DNA of 36,124 nt from a virus (taxonomy: Duplodnaviria; Caudoviricetes). Every line of letters begins with the position of its first letter. Within the stretch, counting starts at the first letter, position 1. Positions 7,662 through 16,743 of this stretch are shown here, piece after piece. The stretch covers positions 1 through 36,124 of IMG/VR virus record IMGVR_UViG_3300028586_000010; one strand, 5' to 3'. Under the pieces are notes generated by a model. That model was given only the letters and a program-made list of their open reading frames with translations, was not told where the DNA came from and ran no database searches. The position numbers and the translations under genes were made by a program.

Positions 7662-8108
7662 TTAGTCTGCGGCTACCCATACCTCAGGCCGGTCCTGGCG
7701 CGCGGCGGTCGCAGCCACCGCCGGCGCGGCGCGGCGAATACTGTGCATCATCGCTTCCTTAAACTGTGCCTCGGTGAAGCCGGCCTGAATCGCGCGGGCG
7801 ACCAGCTCGCGGCGGATTCGCTGCGCGTTTGCATTGATGACAGCCCCTTCTCTATGGTTCGCCGGCATGACCCCATCCCGGGTCATCGGGCCAGTGCAGA
7901 TAGTGCGGTCGAAAGCTTCGGTACGGAGGTGGAACTCGTCGGCCAGCTCGACCAGCACGCGGTCCCGCGCCTCGATCGAGAACTCCCCCTGGAACAGCGC
8001 TCGGTGCTGTTCATGCGTTAGGGCCTCATCGCCTGTGGCGCGCATGGCGCGCAACATCGTGTTGCGTCCATAGCGGCGCGGCATCATGAAAATCGCCTTG
8101 CCCTTCAT
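7662..8108 (-). CDS. Hypothetical protein (148 aa)
   Basis: ATGA overlap with the upstream HTH gene; GC-rich phage-like codon use. Confidence 0.65.
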   Translation of the reverse strand: MKGKAIFMMPRRYGRNTMLRAMRATGDEALTHEQHRALFQGEFSIEARDRVLVELADEFHLRTEAFDRTICTGPMTRDGVMPANHREGAVINANAQRIRRELVARAIQAGFTEAQFKEAMMHSIRRAAPAVAATAARQDRPEVWVAAD

Positions 8109-8344
8109 CCGCGCACCTCGTCCAGTAGTTCAGGGTGGCGCTCGAGCAGCTGCAGCAGCTTGACAGTGGAGACTGGCGGCCGGGTCTTACCATTCTCATA
8201 GCGAGAGAAGGCATTGTCGCCGCCGCCGAAGATCGCGCCGGCCTCCCGTTGGTCCAGGCCCAGTTTGCGGCGCACGGTCAGGATATAGATGGGGTCGACT
8301 GCCAGGCTGCTGGCCTGGCGGCGTTGAGGGGTGTGTTTTTCCAT
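8105..8344 (-). CDS. MqsA-family HTH (C-terminal domain only), orphan antitoxin-like regulator
   Basis: VRRKLGLDQREAGAIFGGGDNAFSRYENGKTRPP..KLLQLLERHPELLDEVR is the MqsA HTH signature; no N-terminal CxxC zinc domain. Confidence 0.82.
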   Translation of the reverse strand: MEKHTPQRRQASSLAVDPIYILTVRRKLGLDQREAGAIFGGGDNAFSRYENGKTRPPVSTVKLLQLLERHPELLDEVRG

Positions 8345-8354
8345 GAGAATATTT

Positions 8355-8387
8355 TAACCTAAAAGCCAAAAAATAACCCCAGAGGTT
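8355..8387. promoter_or_regulatory. Candidate MqsA-type operators
   Basis: TAACCTAAAAG (8355-8365) and AACCC-CAG-AGGTT (8375-8387) resemble the AACCT-N3-AGGTT palindrome bound by E. coli MqsA. Confidence 0.5.
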
Positions 8388-8545
8388 TAGGAAAACTGCC
8401 GGCAGCCGTACTAAAAACGTCCGCTATCGTGGTCGTGACTTTTTACTAGCTGCAACGCCGGCGGGAAAACCACAAGAGGCAATGGCGGATCGCCTGGCGT
8501 TCAATACGGTTGCAACTACTCATGGAGGGCCCGATGGGCAAATGG

Positions 8546-8577
8546 AACAAAGTGGGGCGCAAAGTGCGCCCCTTGTT
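8546..8577 (-). terminator. Probable terminator of the FI-D tail operon
   Basis: GGGGCGCA-aag-TGCGCCCC 8-bp stem (8554-8572) with short T tracts on both strands, downstream of gene D. Confidence 0.45.
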
Positions 8578-8640
8578 GGAGATGGCCGTCAGTGGTGCAC
8601 GCCTGGCGTATTACTTGATGATGATGATGGGGAGGGACAG

Positions 8641-9663
8641 CTAGTCGTCGGCGCCGGTGCCAGCGGCCTCGGTGTCGCGCACCTCGAGCTCGAGCTCGGT
8701 GGTGAATCCACCGTCTGCTATCGAGTGGCGGACCTGCTTGACCAGCCAGGGCGTGCTGTCGATCTCGGGCTTGAACCCGGACACCGATATCGGCAGCTCG
8801 GGCGAGATCTCGGCCCGGCCGATCGCCAGGCTGTAGGACAGCGTGGCTTCATTGCGTTGCATGCGCTTGAGCTCGGCGCCGGCGGCCGCGCGCGCTTCGC
8901 TCTCGGTCGGGTAGACCTCGGGCAGGCGCTTCAGGTTTTTGTTGCTCTCGCCGCCCACGGTCACCTGCTTTTTCTCGGCGTCCCCATTGCTGTGGTAGGA
9001 AGCGCGCACGCCGGCATAGGTCTCGCGCTCGGTAATGTTGTACCGGTGCCGATCGCCATCAGCGCGCTTGATCGTCAGGGATGGCAAGGCGCGGCCGCTG
9101 GCGGTGCGCGCGGTGCCGATCGGCAGGAACAGCAGGTTCCCATCCTTCACGGTCATGACGGCATCGTATCGCTTGGCCAGGCGCGTCAGGAACGACATAT
9201 CGCTCTCGTTCGTCTGGTCGATGTGCGGGACCACGATGCTGGCTAGGCGCTCACCCACAACCGGCTTCAACTGGTGGCGGCCAGCGATCGTGCGCACGAT
9301 CGCGCCCAGGTTCTGGCCATGCCAGCTTTTCTCCTGGCGTTCGCCCATGCCATTGGTCATCGACGCGCTGCGCGCGCGGATCGTGATGCTGTCCGGTGAG
9401 CCGCTGTGTTCGACCTCGTTCACGGTGAACGTGCCCTTGTTGACCAGGCCGGCGCCGGCCCAGCCGATCGACACCTCGAGAACCGCGCCGCGGTTCGGGA
9501 TGGCCATGCGGCCGTCGTGGTCGTCCAGGGTCAGATCCAGGGTGTCAGCCTCGTCCTGCCGGGATTCACTGATGCTCAGGGCCTGCAGGCGCGGCTCGAT
9601 CTTGCTTGTCAGGTCGCGGCCGTCCAGGGTGATGCGGAATGCTGGCTCGAGTGCGGTCGTCAT
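8641..9663 (-). CDS. D: Tail/baseplate hub protein GpD
   Basis: EADTLDLTLDDHDG..HIDQTNESDMSFLTRLA..SGFKPEID, P2 gpD motifs and position. Confidence 0.93.
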   Translation of the reverse strand: MTTALEPAFRITLDGRDLTSKIEPRLQALSISESRQDEADTLDLTLDDHDGRMAIPNRGAVLEVSIGWAGAGLVNKGTFTVNEVEHSGSPDSITIRARSASMTNGMGERQEKSWHGQNLGAIVRTIAGRHQLKPVVGERLASIVVPHIDQTNESDMSFLTRLAKRYDAVMTVKDGNLLFLPIGTARTASGRALPSLTIKRADGDRHRYNITERETYAGVRASYHSNGDAEKKQVTVGGESNKNLKRLPEVYPTESEARAAAGAELKRMQRNEATLSYSLAIGRAEISPELPISVSGFKPEIDSTPWLVKQVRHSIADGGFTTELELEVRDTEAAGTGADD

Positions 9664-10115
9664 GCGTAGCTCCCGAAGTCCTGGCCAGCGCCCAGGTCGC
9701 CCACGTAGCTGCCCTGGCGCGGGCTCGGCGCTGCGCGGTCGTCATCGGTCCGGGTAAGGTTGATTGTGAAATCCACGCGGCGCGGCGTGCCATCCTTGTG
9801 GTGCAAGGTTTGACCCTCGTCCAGGCCCTCGAGGAGGAAAGCGCCGTATACCTGGCCGGCGCCGTCGACCAGGGCATAGGCGGCGCCAGTGTCGCCCATC
9901 GCGCGCAGCTCCTTGAGCGATTCCAAGGAGCCAGTCAGCTCCGGTGCCAGGAGGCCGGTGATGGTGATGGTGTCATCCCCCTGGCCCAGAAACTGACGTG
10001 CATCGCGTGCACCGATGCGTGATGCGCTCGAATGCTTCCAGCGGGTTTGCCTCTGCAGCTCGCTAAACGAAAGCGACTCCATACCGAATACGAACTGGCC
10101 AAGTGCCATCAACAT
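9660..10115 (-). CDS. U: Tail protein GpU
   Basis: MLMALGQFVF..QFLGQGDDTITITG, P2 gpU. Confidence 0.92.
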   Translation of the reverse strand: MLMALGQFVFGMESLSFSELQRQTRWKHSSASRIGARDARQFLGQGDDTITITGLLAPELTGSLESLKELRAMGDTGAAYALVDGAGQVYGAFLLEGLDEGQTLHHKDGTPRRVDFTINLTRTDDDRAAPSPRQGSYVGDLGAGQDFGSYA

Positions 10116-10128
10116 AGGTTCTCCTTTC

Positions 10129-12612
10129 TCAGTCGGTCAGGCGGGAGCCGTTGCGCGTCCGGGCCGCGCGATCGCGGCGATCCAGTTCGGCGGCAACGGC
10201 GCGCCCGATCGCAGCGGCATCCATGCCAGGCTGCGGGTAAATATTGATCGTGACCGGGCCGCCGGCTGCCGCACCAGGTGCGCCTGCAGCTGCAGCGCCG
10301 CCGGCGGGCCCGGTGAACTGGAAGGGCTGGGCGGCGGCCGGGGTGAAGGCGATCGTCGCGGCGGTGGCCAGGCCGGTGGCTGCCGCCGTGATGCGCCCTG
10401 TACCGTTCTCCATGCCGATCGCTGCGCCCTCGCTCACGAAGCCGCCCAGCTCACCGAACACGCGGCTCGGGCTGCGGATCCCCAGCTTTTCCTTGAACCA
10501 GGTCACGGCGCCGCCGCCCATGCTCACGATCGCCTCTTTCACAGCGCCGAGGCGCGACGTGATGCCGTTGACCAGGCCATCGACCAGGTTGGTGCCGAAC
10601 TCGGAGAAGCGGGCCGGCAGCGACCGGAACCAGGTCATTACATCCTGGAATGTTGCCTTGACGCCGTCCCACAGGCTCCCGAAGAAGGCCTTGATCGGCT
10701 CCCAGTATGTGTAGATCCCGTATGCAGCTAGAGCGATCGCCGTAATGGCCAGTCCGATCGGGTTCATCAGCAGCGCGCGGCCCAAGAACATGACAGCCTG
10801 GCCAGCCATGCGCAGCCCGCCGCCCAGGACACCCAACACCTTGGCGAAGGTGAGTCCCTGGATGCCCAGGGTGACAAAGGCGAACTTCAGGGCGGCCAGG
10901 GGGCCGAGTACGGCGCCGAGCATCAGCATCAAGGCGCCGCCGGCGGTCAGCAGCAGGGCGATCACGGCGATGGTCTTCATCAGGGCGCTTGCCATAAGCG
11001 GGTTTTCCTTTGCCCACTTGCCCATGCCCGAGGCAGCTGCACCCAGCCACTCGGTCACGGCCTTGAGCTCGGGCGCGATCGCTTCCCCGAACAGGACCAT
11101 TGAGTTGGTGAACGTGCCGCTGGCCGCATCCCACAGATTCTTGAGGGTGCCCAGCTGGCGGTTCACCCGCTGCTGCAGGGATGCCTGGTTGGACATGCGC
11201 GCCTGCACCTCACCGTAGCCCTTCATGCCCTTGTCCATCATCAGGGCCACGGCCTGTAGGGTTTCGGCGTCGTCGCCATAGAGCGCGGCCAGGACGGAAA
11301 GCCGGTCCTGGGTGTTCAGGTCTTTCAGCTTCTCGAACTGCTTGAACATCTGCTCGAGCCCGCCGAACTCGCCCGCGCCGTCGGTGAACTCCAGCTGTCG
11401 ATTCTTGCTCAGGTTCTTGTTGGCCTTGGCTACCTTGTCGGCATTGAGCGACATCTGGAATATCTTGCGGAAGGCATTGCCCGCGGCCTCGCCCTGCATG
11501 CCGGCCTGGTCCGCCATCACCAGCAGCGGCGCCAGGACTTTGGTCCCTTCCAGGCCCTTCTGTTTGATGGTGTCCATCGCCGGCGACAGCTTCGACAGGC
11601 CGGCCAGCATGTTGGTGTCGTCCATGCCCAGGTAGTAGGTTCGCTGGATCACGTCCATGAGACTGAGCATGTCGGCTTCGCTGGTTCGGGTCGCGTCCTG
11701 CAGCTTCGCGGCGAACTCGGCGGCCTCCGCCGGCGCCTTCTTCAGCTGGACGGCCAGGTATGCGGTGGCTTCGCCCATGCCGCCCAGGATCGTTGTCGGC
11801 GCAATGCCCTGGCGGACCAGCATCGTCATCAGATCCTGGAAGTCGGAGGTGGTGCCGGGAAGGCGATCACCCAAGCCCACGGCCAAGGCGTTGATCTTGG
11901 CAAACTCCGGCGCGATCTTGCCGCCGGCGCGCATCATGGCCACCTCGAGGGCGGTAGCCGAGTCTTCGGCGGCGGCGAAGGCGGCCACAGGGACCGAAAG
12001 GGCCGCGCCGGTGGCGGCACCACCAGCTGCAGCCGCCGCGCCGGCGCCGGCCAGGCGTCCGCCCAGGGCCTGTGTTCTCTGCATGCGTTCACGCGCCTGA
12101 TTCAGTCGGCGCTGACGCTCGGCCAGCTCGGCCAGGACACGTTGCTGGCGTTCCATCTCGGCCGTGGTGGTACGGACATTGTTACGCAGGTCGCGTTCAT
12201 GTTGTGACAGATTGCGGGTGTCGATACCGGCGCCGCGCAGGCGATTGCGCAGCTCGCCCAGCTGGGCTTGCTGGCGAGCCTGGGTTTCGGCCAGCTGCCT
12301 GGCTGCTTTACGCGCACGGTCAAAGTCGCGCTGCATCGCCTTCGTTGGCGCGCCGCTTGCGTTCATCTGGCGCGCCAGGTCGGCTACGCGCTTGCGCGCC
12401 TGCTCGAGGTCATTCGACGTGCTTGTCATGCTCGAGCGCAGCTGGCGGAAGGAGCTGACATCACGCTGCGCATCGCCGAGCTGCCGCAGGCGATCGCGGG
12501 TCTGCCGCAGCGCTCCGGCGGCTTGGGTGCTGCCGGCGGTCATGTTGCGCAGCGGCCGAGTGACGTTCTCGACCAGGTTCATCAGCACGCGGAGGCGCAG
12601 ATCTTGGCTCAC
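10129..12612 (-). CDS. T: Tail tape measure protein
   Basis: 827 aa, Ala/Gly-rich coiled coil; LGDRLPGTT, NPIGL and LGIRSPSRVF motifs; position after E. Confidence 0.95.
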   Translation of the reverse strand: MSQDLRLRVLMNLVENVTRPLRNMTAGSTQAAGALRQTRDRLRQLGDAQRDVSSFRQLRSSMTSTSNDLEQARKRVADLARQMNASGAPTKAMQRDFDRARKAARQLAETQARQQAQLGELRNRLRGAGIDTRNLSQHERDLRNNVRTTTAEMERQQRVLAELAERQRRLNQARERMQRTQALGGRLAGAGAAAAAGGAATGAALSVPVAAFAAAEDSATALEVAMMRAGGKIAPEFAKINALAVGLGDRLPGTTSDFQDLMTMLVRQGIAPTTILGGMGEATAYLAVQLKKAPAEAAEFAAKLQDATRTSEADMLSLMDVIQRTYYLGMDDTNMLAGLSKLSPAMDTIKQKGLEGTKVLAPLLVMADQAGMQGEAAGNAFRKIFQMSLNADKVAKANKNLSKNRQLEFTDGAGEFGGLEQMFKQFEKLKDLNTQDRLSVLAALYGDDAETLQAVALMMDKGMKGYGEVQARMSNQASLQQRVNRQLGTLKNLWDAASGTFTNSMVLFGEAIAPELKAVTEWLGAAASGMGKWAKENPLMASALMKTIAVIALLLTAGGALMLMLGAVLGPLAALKFAFVTLGIQGLTFAKVLGVLGGGLRMAGQAVMFLGRALLMNPIGLAITAIALAAYGIYTYWEPIKAFFGSLWDGVKATFQDVMTWFRSLPARFSEFGTNLVDGLVNGITSRLGAVKEAIVSMGGGAVTWFKEKLGIRSPSRVFGELGGFVSEGAAIGMENGTGRITAAATGLATAATIAFTPAAAQPFQFTGPAGGAAAAGAPGAAAGGPVTINIYPQPGMDAAAIGRAVAAELDRRDRAARTRNGSRLTD

Positions 12613-12794
12613 TTAGGGTCCTCCTTCTTCTCATAACGAACCCGGGCGCGCTCGCGCCACGTCATCAGTTCGGCAATGCTGAAATCGGCCATATCGCCTG
12701 GTCTCCATCCGAACACCAGGGCGAGATCGGCCATGGCTTCGTCGACTAGTTCTGGGAGACCAGCTGGGCAAGCGCGGCCTTCGGCGTCAAAAAA
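12609..12794 (-). CDS. E': GpE' frameshift extension of the tail assembly chaperone
   Basis: MADLALVFGW.P.DM..FS+AELMTWRERA in the -1 frame after slippery TTTTTTG (12794-12788). Confidence 0.85.
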   Translation of the reverse strand, partial: FFDAEGRACPAGLPELVDEAMADLALVFGWRPGDMADFSIAELMTWRERARVRYEKKEDPK

Positions 12795-13039
12795 CCGGCC
12801 ACCTCCGCGGCGCACTGCATGAAGTCGGCCGGGTCCATGTTGTGGATCTCGGTAGGGGTCAGGGTTGGATCGGAAATCCGGGGGAGCACCTTCGACAGCG
12901 CAGCCACGTCCATCATGGCCAAGTCGTGCAGCTGGGTGCCGCGCAGCTCGCCCGCGGAAGGCTTGCGCAGGTTGATGGCGGTGATGGTCTGGTCGCCGCG
13001 CTTGATGGGAGTGTCGAGGGTGATGATGGCGGTGGTCAT
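12746..13039 (-). CDS. E: Tail assembly chaperone GpE
   Basis: ITLDTPIKRG..LRKPSAGELRG..LPRISDPTLT..MDPAD. Confidence 0.92.
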   Translation of the reverse strand: MTTAIITLDTPIKRGDQTITAINLRKPSAGELRGTQLHDLAMMDVAALSKVLPRISDPTLTPTEIHNMDPADFMQCAAEVAGFLTPKAALAQLVSQN

Positions 13040-13105
13040 GGTGTTCTTTCGTAGTCAGGGGTAAGTAAAAGGGGAAGCGGCCGCGCGCGGCGGCCGCTGG
13101 CCGGC

Positions 13106-13618
13106 TTAGGCCATGCCGATGGCTTTGCGGTCTTTGAGCAGAAGGTCGACTCCGCCGACCTTCTCGACCATGCCCACCACGTCGATCTCGATCAGGACCT
13201 CGCCGTTGATCGTCAGCTTGTAATAGCTCACCTGGGTGACGACTTTCTGGGTGGTGTCATCACCCACCTTGGCCGTGCCCATGTCGATCTCGCTGTGGCG
13301 GCCGCGAACGACCACCTCGACGGCCATCGGTTCGTCCTTGTCCTCGGCACGGTAGGAGCCGGCGAAGCGCAGCTGCACGCCGTCGTGCTTGATCGCGCCG
13401 TATTGCTTCAGGGCGTCGACCATGATGCCGCCACAGGTCCATTCCAATACCAGCGCTTCGCCGCCCTGGTCCCACATGATTGGACGGCCCATGCCACCGC
13501 CGCGCCACTCTTCCATCTTGCGGGTCAGCTTTGGCAGAACGACCTCGGCAACTTCGCCCATATAGCTGGCGGCGTCGTTGAAAAGGTTCATGTACTTCAG
13601 TTTATGGGGGAGTGCCAT
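13106..13618 (-). CDS. FII: Tail tube protein GpFII
   Basis: MALPHKLKYMNLFND..LPKLTRKMEEWRGGGM..YYKLTING. Confidence 0.95.
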   Translation of the reverse strand: MALPHKLKYMNLFNDAASYMGEVAEVVLPKLTRKMEEWRGGGMGRPIMWDQGGEALVLEWTCGGIMVDALKQYGAIKHDGVQLRFAGSYRAEDKDEPMAVEVVVRGRHSEIDMGTAKVGDDTTQKVVTQVSYYKLTINGEVLIEIDVVGMVEKVGGVDLLLKDRKAIGMA

Positions 13619-13641
13619 GCTCTATTTCTCCGGTATAGGGG

Positions 13642-14817
13642 TTACAGGGTCACCTGGGCCGCGAAGTCGACCAGGTACTGGTCGGTGATGCGCTGGCGGA
13701 GGGTGATGTTTTCCGCCGGCGGTACCGGCGTGTAGTCGTAGTCGATCACCAGCTGGCCAGCCTTGAGCGTGTCCGCGGTGTTGGCCTCTGCATCCACCCA
13801 GGCCTCGGCGCCCAGGAGGTAGCCGGCGTTGACCAGGTTGCGGAAGGCGTTGTTGATCGACTCGATGATGTCGCGCGCCAAGGACGGGGTCAGCGGCTTG
13901 TCGACGGCCCACATGAGCGATTCCGCGATCGAGTCTGCCAGCACGTGCGCAGTGCGGGTGTAGTTCTCGAAGGCGAACAGCGGATCGTCCGAACAGGTGC
14001 GTGAGCCCCAGAAGCGGTAGCCGGTGGCGCGGATCAGCGTGGTCACGTCCTTGCCATTCAGGAAGCCGGCGTCGGTGTTCGGGTCCTGCAGGTCCCAGAA
14101 CACATCGCGCGAGATCCCGGTAGGGCCATTGACCGCCACGTTGGACAGGGTCTTGTGCCAGCCGGTCTCCTGGTCGATTTTGGCGCGGGTGCCCAGGGCG
14201 AAGGCGACGGCGGGAACCGGCTCCGCTTCACTGGTCACGGTGTTCCAGGTGATGAACTCTGGCCAGATCACCATCAGCTCGCGTGCTGCGAACTTGTCGC
14301 GGTAGGCGCCGGCTTCTTCCTTGGTGGCACAGTCGTGGGCGTGGGCGTACACGAAAGCGCGCAGCTTCTGGGCGGCCGACACCAGGGCGGTGGTCACCGC
14401 CTCGGTGTCCAGGCCCGGAGCGCCGATGATGCGTGGCTTGACGCCCAGGGTCGATTGCGCCGCCAGCAGGGCGAGAATACCGGTGTACTTGCCCTGGGCA
14501 TTGGTGGTGCCGATCACGTTGGAAGTCGTGGCCGCTGCGTCGGCGCCCTCTTCCACCCGCACCACGATGGTGGGCGCCTTGGTCTGCAGGGCGATGGCGC
14601 GCAGCGTACCGCGCAGCGTGCCCTGGATGCCTGCCTTGGCCTGGCCAGCCTGGACGTCGGTAACCAAGACAGGGGTATTCAGGGGGTAGGCGGCGGGGTC
14701 AGCATCGGTCGCCGTGCAGACCACGCCAATGACGGCCGTGGACATAAAGCGAATCGGGCGCGAGCCCTCGTTGATCTCGATGACGCGCACGCCGTGGTGG
14801 CGATCGGTGATAGCCAT
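13642..14817 (-). CDS. FI: Tail sheath protein GpFI
   Basis: HHGVRVIEINEG..GWHKTLSNV..RFWGSRTC..YDYTPVPP; start moved to MAITD (14817) after GGAG. Confidence 0.95.
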   Translation of the reverse strand: MAITDRHHGVRVIEINEGSRPIRFMSTAVIGVVCTATDADPAAYPLNTPVLVTDVQAGQAKAGIQGTLRGTLRAIALQTKAPTIVVRVEEGADAAATTSNVIGTTNAQGKYTGILALLAAQSTLGVKPRIIGAPGLDTEAVTTALVSAAQKLRAFVYAHAHDCATKEEAGAYRDKFAARELMVIWPEFITWNTVTSEAEPVPAVAFALGTRAKIDQETGWHKTLSNVAVNGPTGISRDVFWDLQDPNTDAGFLNGKDVTTLIRATGYRFWGSRTCSDDPLFAFENYTRTAHVLADSIAESLMWAVDKPLTPSLARDIIESINNAFRNLVNAGYLLGAEAWVDAEANTADTLKAGQLVIDYDYTPVPPAENITLRQRITDQYLVDFAAQVTL

Positions 14818-14876
14818 GTGTTCTCCAGGTGAGGATTGGGCCGAGGTGGCCAGGTCGATAGGGAATCGGATAAGCC

Positions 14877-14942
14877 ATGTTGCCCCGCGCACGCGCGAGA
14901 CGCAGCAACCGGCTTATGTGCCCGCAACGAGTACAAAAAAAA
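14877..14942 (-). promoter_or_regulatory. Ogr-type late promoter pF
   Basis: CGGCTTATGT-GCCCGCAACGAGT-ACA box (14910-14935); CAACAT -10 lies 27 bp from the box edge, as at pV and pO. Confidence 0.75.
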
Positions 14943-14970
14943 GCCGGCGCCCATCTCTGGGTCGCCGGCT
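14935..14970 (-). terminator. Rho-independent terminator of the V-W-J-I-H-G operon
   Basis: Minus strand AGCCGGCG-ACCCAGAGATGGG-CGCCGGCT followed by a T run. Confidence 0.8.
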
Positions 14971-14996
14971 GATAAAGCGTGCCTGGATCTAGCTGG

Positions 14997-15296
14997 TCAC
15001 TTTTGGTCCATCACCGCCAGCACATCAGGGTTGGCCTGGAGGAACCTGGCCAGTTTCTCCAATGGATCTTCGACAGGAGCTGCTAGAGCCGGTTCCGTGG
15101 AGCCAGTCATGGCCCAGCTGGCGCCGATCCAGCGCGGCCAGGCCCCTACCGGCCAGGTGTCGCGTGGTGGCGGAGCTTGTTCAGTGGTGCGTGCTGGTAA
15201 GTGGAAGACACCTGGCTCGAGCGGGCTCTCGTCGGCTTCAGTTTGACCCAGGTAGCGGCCCGCGACGTCGAATTGGTACACGATTTTCGATGACAT
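14997..15296 (-). CDS. Tail fibre assembly protein (G-like)
   Basis: VYQFD..G.YLG.TEADESPLEPGVFHLPA motif; directly after the tail fibre gene. Confidence 0.75.
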   Translation of the reverse strand: MSSKIVYQFDVAGRYLGQTEADESPLEPGVFHLPARTTEQAPPPRDTWPVGAWPRWIGASWAMTGSTEPALAAPVEDPLEKLARFLQANPDVLAVMDQK

Positions 15297-15306
15297 GGAA
15301 TGCTCC

Positions 15307-16731
15307 TCAGAACTTGATACAAGCCAGCAGGGCGATATTTCGAGGGCGGGCTTCGGTGCCCCCGCTTTCGTCCGTTGTCAAAGAGTGGCTGTGCGCGCCG
15401 GCCGACTGCGTTGTGCGCAGCTCGCTGTTTTCCCAGATCCCCTTGAACACATTGCCGTTGGAGAGTCCCGGATTGCCAGGAGGGTGCATTGGGCGGCCGT
15501 CGACGTAGTCATGAGAGTGCGACCCACCTGAAGAGGTTCTACCGCCATGGCTGTGCGCCAAGTTCTGGCTTGCCTGTGCGCTTCCAAGTCCACGGCTCGG
15601 GTCAACACCGCGGCCGTCGTCCAGTCCCCGGATAAACTCGCCACGTAGATCAGGCAGGTTGAACGTGTTGAATCCATCACCCTTGCCGTACGTTTCACCA
15701 ATAACCGAGAACAGCAGGGCGTATGCGGTCCGACTGATAGCAGCCCCGTTAGCTTTCATCCAGCCAGTAGGTGCTGCACTGCCGGCGTAGTGCATGACTG
15801 CGCCAGGCTGGATCACCATCTTGTTCACTTCAGACTTGCTGTACACGCCCAGGTTTGAGCGTGCGATCGCTACGTCCTCCAGGTCGGCCAAGTTCTGGTC
15901 GATTTCCAGCGGCGCAGAAGCGCTACCCGACGGCTCGTTCTGGGTCAGCACAATCATGGTGCCGTCTGGGTATGATTTCCCCAGGATGATCTTGGTATCC
16001 GACTCGCCAGCGTCCGCGACTGTCCAGCCTTTTTCCCCGGTGCCCTTTGCCAAGCGGTGACCGTCGATATACACGGCCAGGCCCCGTGTGGTGGTGAACG
16101 CCAGGTCGACAATGGTCTGGCCCTCGGCAAGGGTCTGCGGTTCTTCTATGCAGTCCACTGTGACATTGACGTTACCCAAGTCCATCCATTTGAACTTACC
16201 GTTCGCATTCGACTCTTTTGCCAAAACTTGGTTGGTCGTGCCGCCGGGGATCAGCACGGCTGCTGTTACGTTGTTCTGGATCCAGGTGCGCGTGACCACC
16301 ACAACATTCGGATCGACCTGAATGGAAACCACGCTGGCCGAGGAGACCAGGAAATTAATTCGCACGGCGGCATCAGAATACGCTCCTTCTTCTTCGATCG
16401 GCTTGTAGGTTGCGGGGAGGTTCCCTACAGCAAACAAGGCACCTTCTGCATCAAAAATCCCGATCTCGTGCATCGTGAAGCCGCCGATTTTCGCGGGGAT
16501 GATCAGCTCGGCTGTAAACAGAAGCGGATTCTCAGGGTCTTGAAAAACCCGGTTGATCGGTCCACGGAACTTCTCGCGCACCAGTTGGGTTTGTTCGTAA
16601 TCCGGGAGGGTCGGATTGCCGTCTCCGTCTCCGATAGCCATGTGGGTCAGGTTGATCGAAATGCCGACTGCTTGGGCCGCAGCCATGCGCTGCAGGCCGT
16701 AGAAGGTATGAATTGTAGAAAATTGAGCCAT
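15307..16731 (-). CDS. H: Tail fibre protein GpH (P2 H-type N-terminus plus collar domain)
   Basis: THMAIGDGDG..GGFTMHEIGIFD..P.TYKP; collar domain GWMKANGAAISRTAYALLF..FNLPDLRGEFIRGLD; ends EARPRNIALLACIKF. Confidence 0.9.
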   Translation of the reverse strand: MAQFSTIHTFYGLQRMAAAQAVGISINLTHMAIGDGDGNPTLPDYEQTQLVREKFRGPINRVFQDPENPLLFTAELIIPAKIGGFTMHEIGIFDAEGALFAVGNLPATYKPIEEEGAYSDAAVRINFLVSSASVVSIQVDPNVVVVTRTWIQNNVTAAVLIPGGTTNQVLAKESNANGKFKWMDLGNVNVTVDCIEEPQTLAEGQTIVDLAFTTTRGLAVYIDGHRLAKGTGEKGWTVADAGESDTKIILGKSYPDGTMIVLTQNEPSGSASAPLEIDQNLADLEDVAIARSNLGVYSKSEVNKMVIQPGAVMHYAGSAAPTGWMKANGAAISRTAYALLFSVIGETYGKGDGFNTFNLPDLRGEFIRGLDDGRGVDPSRGLGSAQASQNLAHSHGGRTSSGGSHSHDYVDGRPMHPPGNPGLSNGNVFKGIWENSELRTTQSAGAHSHSLTTDESGGTEARPRNIALLACIKF

Positions 16732-16743
16732 TGGATTTCCCGG

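Noticed and set aside
13076-13098. GC hairpin between FII and E as a full terminator
   Set aside because: It lies inside the FI-D operon with only a displaced T tract; may attenuate or stabilise mRNA, but the evidence is insufficient
14818-14892. Long N-terminal extensions in the ORF track for FI (also V, W, S, L, X, LysB and 2481..3071)
   Set aside because: They run through promoters or upstream genes; SD position and family N-termini support the shorter starts
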